DNA of 64,000 nucleotides, taken from contig CAVYRH010000008.1 of NCBI GenBank assembly GCA_963770835.1, forward strand, positions 128,001 to 192,000, in the 5' to 3' direction. The position numbers and the translations under genes are program-made. This DNA comes from an uncultured Pseudomonadota bacterium (lineage in GTDB: Bacteria > Oederibacteriota > Muellerivitia > Muellerivitales > Muellerivitaceae). The notes beneath the pieces are model-generated. The model was not told the origin of the DNA, searched no databases, and saw nothing but the letters and a program-made list of their open reading frames with translations. This document shows positions 30,115 through 39,156 of the stretch, one piece after another (position 1 is the first letter of the stretch; each line of letters opens with the position of its first letter).

Positions 30115-30858
30115 TTAACTTGCAACTTTTTTCAAACACCATTCGCAATCGCACTCCACCTCGTGGAACACTACCGTAAAAAAAATCGACCCCCAAAACC
30201 GCATAATAATTACATGTTCTTTTGGCGTGTCGGGCCGATAACCATATTTGTAAACAAAGATATCCTCATGAACACCAGCCGCCGTTATTTCTTAGAGATG
30301 TCCTTTTAAATGTTCAGGCAACGGAACACCCGGTGGATAAACATTCGTTACAAACTGGTGATTGGAGGGTAGTGTTTTTTTGAAATTAAGATAATAAATT
30401 CCACGAGCTATTTTCAAAACGACTCGGTCGATTCTCGGCCCATCGATTGGGTAGAACATTTTTCTTTGGGGAAGAATAATGCCGGTAACAGTTCTCCTTA
30501 AAAAATATTGGGTTTTATTCATAATTTTTGAAAACCACCTAGTCTTGTCAGGATATTTCAACATTTGATTTCTAAGGTCTCGGAACAAAGCCAAGCCTCC
30601 CGGACTCCGATTTATCACCAAAGGAGCAAGGATCATTGCGAAATATTGTTCGTCAAGTTTGTATTGTCCATTACACCCTTGGTGAGCTGGCGCTTTAGGC
30701 AATCTTCTTTTTAACTTTCCGTTTTTTCTGTATTCCTTTGGATAAAAAACCTTAGCTGGAACATGGTCGTCACTCTGTCTGTCAGCCTCGTTAGTGCTTT
30801 TGGGATCTATTGTTTGACCGCAAAGATAACAAATTTGGTTTTCTTGAGGTGCTTCCAT
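30115..30858 (-). pseudogene. HNH-like zinc-finger nuclease family protein interrupted by an in-frame TAA at 30292-30294
   Basis: CYLCG...SDDHVPAK...HQGCN; same frame continues EITAAGVHEDIFVYKYG...MRFWG...FHEVECDCEWC to TAA at 30115, just ahead of the kinase RBS. Confidence 0.65.
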
Positions 30859-31144
30859 AGTCGCACTTTCATTTAAATTACTCCGGACATAAAAAAACCC
30901 GGGATTTCTCCCAGGTTGCGTTTGAGTCGTAGGTGTTGTTTTAGTAGTGGGCCACGCGCTCGTGAGGAGAAAGCTTTTAGTAGTCCTGCCAGTAATTATA
31001 GTTGGCTTCACTTTAAGATCAACCAAAAAAGTATACACCGGTATACTTTTTAACATGCCCAAAACAAGCTCTTTTAAAACCAAATATCTTTTTGGCTGCT
31101 TCCCCGGTGGCGGCAGCAACCGTAACCGGCGGAGACATCCCCCT

Positions 31145-32284
31145 CTATCCCTTGCGGTAGGGATATCCCTTCATCTTGTTCTTGAACTCGGTGATGGGCG
31201 GCGTGTTGTTTTCGGTCGAAATATCCCTGAATTCCTCCAGCTTTTGCCTCTGCTCATGGCTCAAGTTCGTCGGCACTTCCACCATGGCCTTCACGAACAA
31301 ATGGCCCTGGCCCGGCCCCTTGGGGTTCTTGATGCCCTTATCCTTCAGGCGAAAGACGAGGCCGGTTTGGGTGCCGGAGGGGATCTTCATCTTGACCGGG
31401 CCTTCCAAGGTGGGCACCTCGATCTCGGCGCCCAGGGCGGCCTCGGCCAGGGTGACGGGGACCTCGCAATGAAGGTCCAGCCCCTCCCTTTTAAAGAAAA
31501 CGTCCGGCTTGACGCGCAGGTAGACGAAAAGGTCCCCGGCGGGGCCGCCGTTGGGGCCCCCTTCCCCCTCGCCGCGGAACCGCAGTCGGGCGCCATCCTC
31601 GGCCCCGGCGGGAACCTTCACGGAAAGGGTTCGTTCTTTTTCCAGGCGACCGTTGCCGTGGCAGTTGGGGCAGGGGGAGCCGGGGATGCGCCCCTGGCCG
31701 TGGCAGCGGCTGCAGGCGCGGGCGAAGCTGAAAAAGCCCTGGGATTCGTGGATCTGGCCCGACCCGTGGCAAACGGGGCAGACCACCTGGCCCGAACCGG
31801 CCACCGCCCCGGTGCCATGGCAAACATCACAGGCCGAGAGTTTCCGGAACCGGATTTCATGGGCCGTCCCGAAGGCCGCGTCCTGGAAAGTGACGTCCAA
31901 ATCGAAACGCAGGTCGTTGCCCGTTTCGGCCTGGCCGCCGGAGCGGGCGCCGCCGCCGAACATGTCGCCGAAGATATCCCCCAGGTCGGGCGCTTCCTGC
32001 GGGCCGTAACCGGGAGGGGGGGCGCGGAAACCACTGGGCCCTGCCCCGGGAAAGCCGGCGGGCCCGTCGTGCCCGAATTGGTCGTACTCGGCTTTCTTTT
32101 TGGGGTCCGAGAGGATGCCGTAGGCCTCGTTGATGTCCTTGAACATCTCCTCGGCTTTTTTGTCCTTGGGATGGAGGTCGGGGTGGTATTTTTTCGCGAG
32201 GGTCCGGAAGGCGTTCTTGATCGCCTCGTCACTGGCCCCGCGCGGAACGCCGAGCAAGTCGTAATAGTCTTTTTTAGGGGCCAT
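31145..32284 (-). CDS. dnaJ: Molecular chaperone DnaJ
   Basis: DYYDLLGV...KYHPD J-domain, G/F region, four CxxCxGxG repeats, GDLFV C-terminal domain. Confidence 0.95.
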   Translation of the reverse strand: MAPKKDYYDLLGVPRGASDEAIKNAFRTLAKKYHPDLHPKDKKAEEMFKDINEAYGILSDPKKKAEYDQFGHDGPAGFPGAGPSGFRAPPPGYGPQEAPDLGDIFGDMFGGGARSGGQAETGNDLRFDLDVTFQDAAFGTAHEIRFRKLSACDVCHGTGAVAGSGQVVCPVCHGSGQIHESQGFFSFARACSRCHGQGRIPGSPCPNCHGNGRLEKERTLSVKVPAGAEDGARLRFRGEGEGGPNGGPAGDLFVYLRVKPDVFFKREGLDLHCEVPVTLAEAALGAEIEVPTLEGPVKMKIPSGTQTGLVFRLKDKGIKNPKGPGQGHLFVKAMVEVPTNLSHEQRQKLEEFRDISTENNTPPITEFKNKMKGYPYRKG

Positions 32285-32312
32285 CGTTGTTATTACCGTT
32301 CATATGGGGTTC

Positions 32313-32495
32313 GGCAGTGGGTCAGTTTGAAAAAAACACTTCACCCTCATCCCAACCTTCTCCCCTCAAGGGAGAAGGAGCGAGTCTCCCTCTCCCTTGA
32401 GGGGAGAGGGCGGGGTGAGGGTGGTTGTTCCTGGGCCGCATTACATGCCTTTTCGCAGGTCAGGCTCGCAACGACAGCTAAACTGACTTACTACC
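32313..32495. mobile_element. Second MITE-like element with the same termini as 23883-24079, carrying REP hairpins
   Basis: GGCAGTGGGTCAGTTTGA ... CTAAACTGACTTACTACC. Confidence 0.55.
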
Positions 32496-32590
32496 TACAA
32501 ACAGGGGTTTCTTAAGATGGTTTAGGCTAACACGTTCCCCCGGACTTTCCCATGCTTCCGGGGGGACGCCGGCCGTCAAACCGATAAAGT

Positions 32591-34484
32591 TCAATGAATT
32601 CCCAAAACGCCCTTTGTCTTATCGGCAGTGGATTCGACTTCATTGGCCGTATTGACCGCGCTTTGAACATCCTTCACCCCATCCCCAACGGCCTTGAGCG
32701 GGTCCTCTCCCTTCGCTGAAGCTTCGGGCGCCTGCTTTTCCTTCTCGGCTTGGGCCGCTGCTTCCCCGGGACTCAATTCCGTCACCTTTTCCACCAGGCT
32801 TTGGCCATCCGGGTGGTGCTGAATTTGAAGGATCAGGCCGACGGGCCGGGTGGTTGTGGCCACCCCATCCCTCTGCTTGGTTTGCTCGCCCTTCACCAAG
32901 AATACCCCCGAACCACCCTCCATCTGCAGAAACTCGGCCTGCGGGCTCTGGAAGACATAAACCAGATTTTGTTCCCCTATCTGTTTGAAAAAAGCCGGCC
33001 CGAAATACTGGCTCCGGAAGGTGGGAAAATAAGATTTGAGCAAATGGTTTTTGAGATATTCCAAATTGTCGGATACGGTATCAGCAGACATATTGAAAAA
33101 ATTGCCTGCGATATCGGTGGCAAAATCGGCCTCATTCGCGGCCCAGGAAGGAACAACCTGGGCCGAGTTCGAAGTGTGAAGTTTGGAGTTCGAAGTTGAA
33201 ACCAAAGGCCCCTTCGAACCTGAAACCGGACTCAAGGCAGAATTAGGAATTGAAACCGACGGGGCCGGATTCGGCGCTACCTGTCCGGAATGGACAATGC
33301 GGTACCCCATCCGGGTCACAAGCCGGATGCCCTGGTGGATAAGGAAGCTCCCCGCCCAAAGCACCAGGAAGGCCACCAGGAAGGTGGCCCAAGTGGTGTT
33401 TTTGACCCCCATCTTCTGGAACAACCCGGTGATGGCGTGGGGCCCTTGTGAACCCGGGAACAATCCGGTTGGCGATATGCCCGGGGGCTTGCTTTATCTG
33501 TTTCCCGAGGATATTCCCCACAATGGACGCGCCTACCTGTGCATGGGTAGAGGCGGAATCTGGTACCGGGGTTTGCTTTAATTCAGAGGCTAATACCCCC
33601 TTCGTTCCAACAGCGCTCACAGGGAAAGACCCCTGTGTACCCTCAAAACCAAAGCCCTTTTTGAAAGGGGGATCAAAATCTTCCGGTTTATTACCCCCTT
33701 GCACCCATTTGACCAGCCCCTTTACCTGGGGACCCGTCATTTCACGGGACAGGATGACCGGCATTGCCTTCTCCACCAGGGCTTGGACATCCCCAAGGGA
33801 CCTTTTGTCCCAGAGGGCGGTCAGCGGATAGGCGACCTTCTCTAAAAGCTGCCATTTTTCACGATTTTCGGATATGCGATTTTTAAGGGTTTCCGCATCA
33901 TTGTCCAACGGTTGGACAATATCATTATTCCCCTTATTTTTTGCATCCCCTTCGGTCCCCTTGGACTCGGATTGCTCCAAGTGCTCCAGGATCAACCTCC
34001 GGGAGGTGAGGTTCAGCACCCCTAATATTTGCCTGGCCCGCCAGATCCAGGACTTGGCCACCCCCACTTTAGCCGCAATCTCGTCTTCGCTAAGCCCAAG
34101 GCCCGTCGCCAGGTAAGGTTCCCAGCTTTCGTAATCGTCAAGCCAGTAAGGCTTGGAACCCTTATTGGAGGTGATGGCCCTTAGTTTCGCCTCCTCCAAG
34201 GGGCAATCCACCTCCTCAACCTCCATGTGGGCCCAGCCCAGCCTTCCGGCGGCGAGGAACCGCCTTTGGCCCTCAATAATGGCAAAAGGAGATTTACTTT
34301 CCCCCTTCCAGGTGATGATCCGGGGGGGCTTCCGACCGGACTTCATGAAGGCCATGAGGTCCTGCATTTCGGATTCGTTTTTGTATTTGCGGGGGTTCCA
34401 ATCCGGCACGTAAAGCTCGGACCGGGGGACCATCCGGATGACGGGTTGGGTAACTTCCGGGGCGGGATTCTGGGCGGTTTCCAT
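32591..34484 (-). CDS. ParB/Srx N-terminal domain protein probably fused (+1 frameshift near 33440) to a TM helix and a TraE/VirB8-like domain
   Basis: WNPRK...IIEGQRRFLAA ParB box and HTH-like LSEDEIAAKVGVAKSWI; overlapping ORF 32591-33463 lacks a good start. Confidence 0.6.
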
Positions 34485-34649
34485 AGGGCCTCCTGATTAT
34501 GAATTTCCGTGAATGGAAAAAGATAAACCGGGAAGTTGGGGCCCGTCAATTTCGAAATGGATTTGAGCTGATTTTTAGGCGGGAGGAAGGCTGTTCTGCA
34601 CTTTTTATGGCCGTTAATCCGGCCAACCCGGCGGTGGAATGCGCCTAGG

Positions 34650-34680
34650 ACATCCAATGCGGGGTCTCCGTCGTGGACAA
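34650..34680 (+). repeat. 30-bp palindromic site, copy 3
   Basis: ACATCCAATGC-GGGGTCTCC-GTCGTGGACAA. Confidence 0.7.
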
Positions 34681-34709
34681 AAAAAAGCCGGGCTCAGGAG
34701 AGCCCGGCT
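34679..34709 (-). terminator. Rho-independent terminator of the 34734-36830 gene
   Basis: AGCCGGGCTC-loop-GAGCCCGGCT followed by a T run on the minus strand. Confidence 0.75.
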
Positions 34710-34733
34710 ACCATGTTAAACAAATCTAAATCC

Positions 34734-36830
34734 TCAAGGTGAAATCACCGCCACCGCGCTGGAACCGGCGACGGCCACAAGGATCCCATTCCCGTTGGTC
34801 ACGGAGGACCAGTACTGGGAGCCGGGGAGGGTTTCATTGGTCCAAGTAACCCCGTCGGGCGAAGTCGCCGCCACCGCGCCGCCATAAATAACCGCCACAA
34901 ACAACCCATTCCCATAGGTCACCGAATCCCAGGACTGTGTGCTGGGGAGGGTTTGGGCCGTCCAAGTGATCCCGTCGGGTGAGGTTGCCGCCTTCGCCGC
35001 GCCGCCATAAGCAACCACCACAAACTCCCCATTCCCGTAAGTGACGGCGTACCAAGCCCCCGTACTGGGGAGGCTGCGGGTCGTCCAAGTGATGCCGTCC
35101 GGTGATGTCGCTGCCACCGAGTTATTGGGGGTTATCGCCACAAAAACCCCGTTCCCGTAGGCCACGGAGGTCCAGCCCGCCGAACTGGGCATGGTGCGGG
35201 ACGTCCAGGTGACACCGTCCGGCGAGGTGGCTCCCACGGGACTGCCGATTCCACTGGCGAGGGCGCCAGCCGCCACAAAAACCCCGTTCCCATAGGCCAC
35301 TGATTTCCAGTTCTGTGCGGCGGGGAGGTTATGGGCCGTCCAGGTGACGCCGTCCGGTGACGTCGCTTCCGCCGTAGTGCCACTCAAACCACTGCCGGAT
35401 GCGACCGCCACAAACTCGGAATTCCCATAGGCCACTGACTCCCAGGCCTGTGAGCTGGGGAGGGTTTGGGCCGTCCAATTAATCCCGTCGGGCGAAGTCG
35501 CCGCCACCGTGCTGGGTCCGGCGGCAACCGCCACGAAAATACCGTTCCCGTAGGCCACGGATGTCCAGTTCTGCGAGCTGGGAAGGGTTTCAGCCGTCCA
35601 AGGCATGGGTGTGGGGGTGATCGTCGGGGTGAAAGTGGGGGTGGAAGTGGAAGTCCCCGTGGGGGTGGTGGTGGCTGTGTAAGGGACGGCCGGGGTGGAA
35701 GTGGCCGTGGCGGTCGGCCCGCCCGGGGCGCCGGGGCTGAACTTGACCGGGTATTCGTAACCGCCGGTATTGGCTTCTTCCACGTAGATGTTTCCCGAGG
35801 CGTCCACCTTCACGTCCCAGGTGAAGACGTTGCCCGCCAGGTCCAGCTCGTCGCAGAAGGTGCCGTCGGTCTTGAAGACCTCGATCCGTCCGTTGGTGGC
35901 GGTATCGTCCACCACGTAAACCAGGTTGCCCGGCCCCACGGCTAGGCCCATGGGCGTGTAAAGCTGCCCCTGGCCCGACCCGCCGTTGCCCCAGCCGCCG
36001 AGGGCCTGGAGGCTGGGGCTGTAAATGGCCACCGACTGGCCCTGGCCGTCCAGCACGTAAAGGTTGTCGTTGGAATCGGTGGAAAGCGCGTTGGCGTAAG
36101 CCAGGAAGCCGTTGCTGGAAACCGAGGCCAAATCGGCGCCCGCTGTGGTCAGCTTGCGGATCAGGACATAGCTATTGCCGCCGGCCACCACGTAAAGGTT
36201 GTTCTGGGAATCGATGGTCATGCAGTAGATCTGGCGCATCGCGCCGTCCGAATTGGAACTGTCATTGAAGGCCCCGATGGAAACCCCCGAGGAATTGAAT
36301 TTTATGATTTCGGAGGTGGTGAGGGTGGCGCCGCAGCTGCCGTCATTGGTGATGTTATTGTAGGCGTAATAAAGGTTCCCGGAGCTGTCGGCGGCCATTC
36401 CTCCGCAGGCGCCGTAGTCCAGGTTGCTCACGGAGTTGCCGGAAGGATAAAATTCCCGTTGGTAGGGCCCGGACAGGCTGAATTGCTGCACCCGGTTGTC
36501 GAGGCAGGAGAGCGGGCCCTTGCCGGCATCATAGACGTAAAGATAGCCATTGGCCGGGTCGATGGCGAGGTCGTTTCCGTATCCCAAGCCCCCGGCGGCA
36601 TAAACGCCCGCCACGGTGACGGATAACCCGGCGCCGGTGGTTCCGATTTGAAAAGAGGCCGAGGGCGCCGTCAGGGGACATGCCACGCTGGTGGCCGGGC
36701 CGCCGCCGCTGTTATTGTTCCCTCCCCCGCCGGAGGGCGAGGAAGGCATGGATTTTTTGCCGGGGCAGCCGATGATTAAAAAGGTAAATCCAACCAGGAG
36801 CAAAAAAATCCCCGCGATGCGGCACTTCAT
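34734..36830 (-). CDS. Lipoprotein with NHL/SMP-30-like propeller, Thr/Pro linker and seven WxSVAYGNGxFVAV...SPDGxTWT repeats
   Basis: LIIGC lipobox; repeats visible in the translation. Confidence 0.82.
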   Translation of the reverse strand: MKCRIAGIFLLLVGFTFLIIGCPGKKSMPSSPSGGGGNNNSGGGPATSVACPLTAPSASFQIGTTGAGLSVTVAGVYAAGGLGYGNDLAIDPANGYLYVYDAGKGPLSCLDNRVQQFSLSGPYQREFYPSGNSVSNLDYGACGGMAADSSGNLYYAYNNITNDGSCGATLTTSEIIKFNSSGVSIGAFNDSSNSDGAMRQIYCMTIDSQNNLYVVAGGNSYVLIRKLTTAGADLASVSSNGFLAYANALSTDSNDNLYVLDGQGQSVAIYSPSLQALGGWGNGGSGQGQLYTPMGLAVGPGNLVYVVDDTATNGRIEVFKTDGTFCDELDLAGNVFTWDVKVDASGNIYVEEANTGGYEYPVKFSPGAPGGPTATATSTPAVPYTATTTPTGTSTSTPTFTPTITPTPMPWTAETLPSSQNWTSVAYGNGIFVAVAAGPSTVAATSPDGINWTAQTLPSSQAWESVAYGNSEFVAVASGSGLSGTTAEATSPDGVTWTAHNLPAAQNWKSVAYGNGVFVAAGALASGIGSPVGATSPDGVTWTSRTMPSSAGWTSVAYGNGVFVAITPNNSVAATSPDGITWTTRSLPSTGAWYAVTYGNGEFVVVAYGGAAKAATSPDGITWTAQTLPSTQSWDSVTYGNGLFVAVIYGGAVAATSPDGVTWTNETLPGSQYWSSVTNGNGILVAVAGSSAVAVISP

Positions 36831-37042
36831 TGTTTGGCCTTTCGGATAAACATTAAAACGTTTGGCCAAACAATCGGTTTGGGAAAATGTCTTAGCTCAT
36901 GGAGTATAGGCGTTTTTGTAAGTATTAGATACAGTTAGCATATTCAAAGCCGGGGCATCCCGGTGAAAGCCGGGAAATCATCAGCGGCTTTTGTCCAGTT
37001 ACCGCGCGCGGAAGGATTTCGGGGGGAACGAAGGGTATTGGG

Positions 37043-37072
37043 TTGTCCAATGCGGCTCCCCGCCGTGGACAG
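37043..37072 (+). repeat. 30-bp palindromic site, copy 4 (IS110 target)
   Basis: TTGTCCAATGC-GGCTCCCC-GCCGTGGACAG abutting the IS left end. Confidence 0.8.
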
Positions 37073-37145
37073 GTAACATGATGGCCATTCCACCGCCGGG
37101 ATTAAACTATTCCCGGTGAGTAGCCACTCATAAGGAGGAATGACC

Positions 37146-38216
37146 ATGAAACAGATTAGCAAAAAAGGATTCCAAGGCAAGGAGGTATCCAAGCGGGACG
37201 CCGTGTTTGTGGGGCTCGATGTCCACAAACGAAGTATTTACGTAGCAATCAGGATCAATGGAAAGGAAACCGGAACCAAGTCTGTGCCCGCGGATTGGGA
37301 AGCTGTGGTGAAGGTTCTGGAGCCTTACCGAAAAGGGTTAAAAAAGGTCGTCTACGAGGCAGGACCTACTGGCTTTGGCTTGGCACGTCGCCTTCGGGAA
37401 GTGGGATACCCATTGGACGTCATCGCCCCGAACAAAACACCTCGTGTAGCTCAGTTGGAAACAAAATCCGACCGGTTGGACTGCCGCAAGCTGGCGGAGT
37501 ACGCCGAAAAGGATCTCTTGCGGGCTGTGGCGATCCCAACCCTCCAGGAAGAAGCGGATCGGCAAGTGGTGCGTTTGAGAAACGCGATGGTGGAACAAAA
37601 ACGCAAGGCCAAACAAAGGATCAAAAGCTTTTTCCTCCAATATGGATTCAAGGAACCTAGAGGGCTGGATTACTGGACCCACGAGGCCATCGGAGTTTTG
37701 CGGGATATGGAACTGCCGCCGGCCCTGAGATTCACGTTGGATAGCCTATTGGAAGATCTCTTTTACTTTGATAGGCAGCTTAAAGACGTGAACATACGTT
37801 TGCGGGTCATGATGAAGGACAAGGCCTACGAGAAAAAGGCTAAGATCCTCAGGTCCCACCCGGGAGTGGGTGAAGTAACGACCCTGCAAATGTTAACGGA
37901 GATTTACCAGCCGGAGCGCTTTCAAAACGCCAAACAGGTGGCGGCTTACGTGGGGTTGGCCCCAAGGATCAGGCAAAGCGGAGAAACTCGAAAGGAAGGC
38001 CATTTGCAGAAGGCCGGAAAAGGAACCTTGAGGGCTACCTTAGTTGAAGCTGCCTGGTCATGGATTCAAAAGGATACCCAGGCCAACCGCGTTTTCCGCC
38101 GGTTCGTCCGTAATACGGGGCATGTCAACAAAGCGATTGTGGCAATGGCTCACAAGCTTTTGATTCACCTTTGGACTATGTTGGTTCGAAAGGAAGTTTA
38201 TCGGCCCATGCTCTAA
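37146..38216 (+). CDS. IS110-family transposase (DEDD recombinase)
   Basis: FVGLDVHK, VYEAGPTG, KSDRLD, PGVG, YVGLAPRIRQSG; AAGGAGG RBS. Confidence 0.96.
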   Translation: MKQISKKGFQGKEVSKRDAVFVGLDVHKRSIYVAIRINGKETGTKSVPADWEAVVKVLEPYRKGLKKVVYEAGPTGFGLARRLREVGYPLDVIAPNKTPRVAQLETKSDRLDCRKLAEYAEKDLLRAVAIPTLQEEADRQVVRLRNAMVEQKRKAKQRIKSFFLQYGFKEPRGLDYWTHEAIGVLRDMELPPALRFTLDSLLEDLFYFDRQLKDVNIRLRVMMKDKAYEKKAKILRSHPGVGEVTTLQMLTEIYQPERFQNAKQVAAYVGLAPRIRQSGETRKEGHLQKAGKGTLRATLVEAAWSWIQKDTQANRVFRRFVRNTGHVNKAIVAMAHKLLIHLWTMLVRKEVYRPML

Positions 38217-38219
38217 AGA

Positions 38220-38400
38220 GGTTTCAGCCTCAGTTTCGTGATTCGACCCCTTAGGAATGACCACGAGTTTTAGCTGTGCCTTAGGCACGTTGGACAGGTG
38301 GTGGCTTCCCTCAGGATTATCGAATTCTTATCTTGTGCCTCGAGCACGAATAGCAGCGTGAATCCACGAAACCAAAAGGCTGACCGTAGGAGAAAATTGG
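38220..38400 (+). ncRNA. Putative bridge/seek RNA in the IS right end
   Basis: Multiple hairpins; contains TGGACAGGT (38291-38299) matching the left target junction. Confidence 0.55.
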
Positions 38401-38446
38401 ACTTGAGGAATGGCCTCATAGCAGGAATGGCCTCATGGTTTTAAAA

Positions 38447-38791
38447 CTATTCAAACAGGATAATCTTAAGATTTTCGATCAGCTTTGCCTTATTCAACGG
38501 ATTTAACTCGCCCAAATGCTTGACGAACCGGCGGTTATCAATGGCCCGGATTTGATCGACTAAGATGTCGGAATTTTTTTTAAGGCCCATTCCTTTTTTG
38601 GAAAGGTGAACCCGGAGGATTTCCGCCCCGCGGATGACTTGTGTGGTGATGGGGCAAACAATAGTGCTGGGGTGTTGGCCGTCATTTAAAAGGTTGGTTT
38701 GGAGGACGACGACCGGCCTTGTCTTGCCCGGCTCCGTGCCGAACCGCGGGCTTAGGTCGGCCAGGTAAACATTGAATTTCCTAATCTTCAT
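38447..38791 (-). CDS. PemK/MazF-family toxin
   Basis: YLADLSPRFGTEPGKTRPVVVLQT...DQIRAIDNRR. Confidence 0.93.
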   Translation of the reverse strand: MKIRKFNVYLADLSPRFGTEPGKTRPVVVLQTNLLNDGQHPSTIVCPITTQVIRGAEILRVHLSKKGMGLKKNSDILVDQIRAIDNRRFVKHLGELNPLNKAKLIENLKIILFE

Positions 38792-39027
38792 TCGAGGGTT
38801 GCTTCCTCAAGCTTTTCCATCTCCCCGAGGATGTCCATGGAGTTCTTCCGCGTGAGCAGGGATTCCTTCAGCAGTTTTTTCCTGAGCCCTTTTCGGCGGT
38901 TGAAAGCGTTATAAAAATCCAACGCCTCATTGATGTAGGCATTTCGGGACATATGAAGCCGTTTGGTTAGGATTTCTACATCCTCGAAGATTTCACCTTT
39001 AATTTTTAGGGACAGGACCTTGGTCAT
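38788..39027 (-). CDS. RHH-type antitoxin
   Basis: LSLKI...MSRNAYINEAL; ATGA overlap with toxin. Confidence 0.82.
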   Translation of the reverse strand: MTKVLSLKIKGEIFEDVEILTKRLHMSRNAYINEALDFYNAFNRRKGLRKKLLKESLLTRKNSMDILGEMEKLEEATLE

Positions 39028-39039
39028 TCCGGGCTCCTT

Positions 39040-39070
39040 TGGAGGTATATACGAATAGTATATACCTCCA
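39040..39070. promoter_or_regulatory. Probable TA operator
   Basis: TGGAGGTATATAC-GAATA-GTATATACCTCCA perfect 13-bp inverted repeat. Confidence 0.65.
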
Positions 39071-39101
39071 ATTTCAAAAGGAATAAATAGTTTTAACCTG
39101 G

Positions 39102-39128
39102 TTGTCCAATCCAGTCCTCGCCGTGGAC
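39102..39128 (+). repeat. 30-bp palindromic site, copy 5
   Basis: TTGTCCAATCC-AGTCCTC-GCCGTGGAC. Confidence 0.7.
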
Positions 39129-39156
39129 CCTGCCTGCCACCCGGATAACGCTGCTT

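Larger units (their letters stand above)
37071..38421 (+). mobile_element. IS110-family element of IS1111 type
   Basis: Sub-terminal IRs GGCCATTCC (37083) / GGAATGGCC (38407); short left end, ~200-bp right end; AG dinucleotide at both junctions. Confidence 0.85.

Noticed and set aside
36950..36985. GGCA..CCGGT-GAAA-GCCGG as c-di-GMP-I or cobalamin riboswitch
   Set aside because: Lacks GGCAAA/GACGCAAAG or the B12 box; kept only as a generic structured leader
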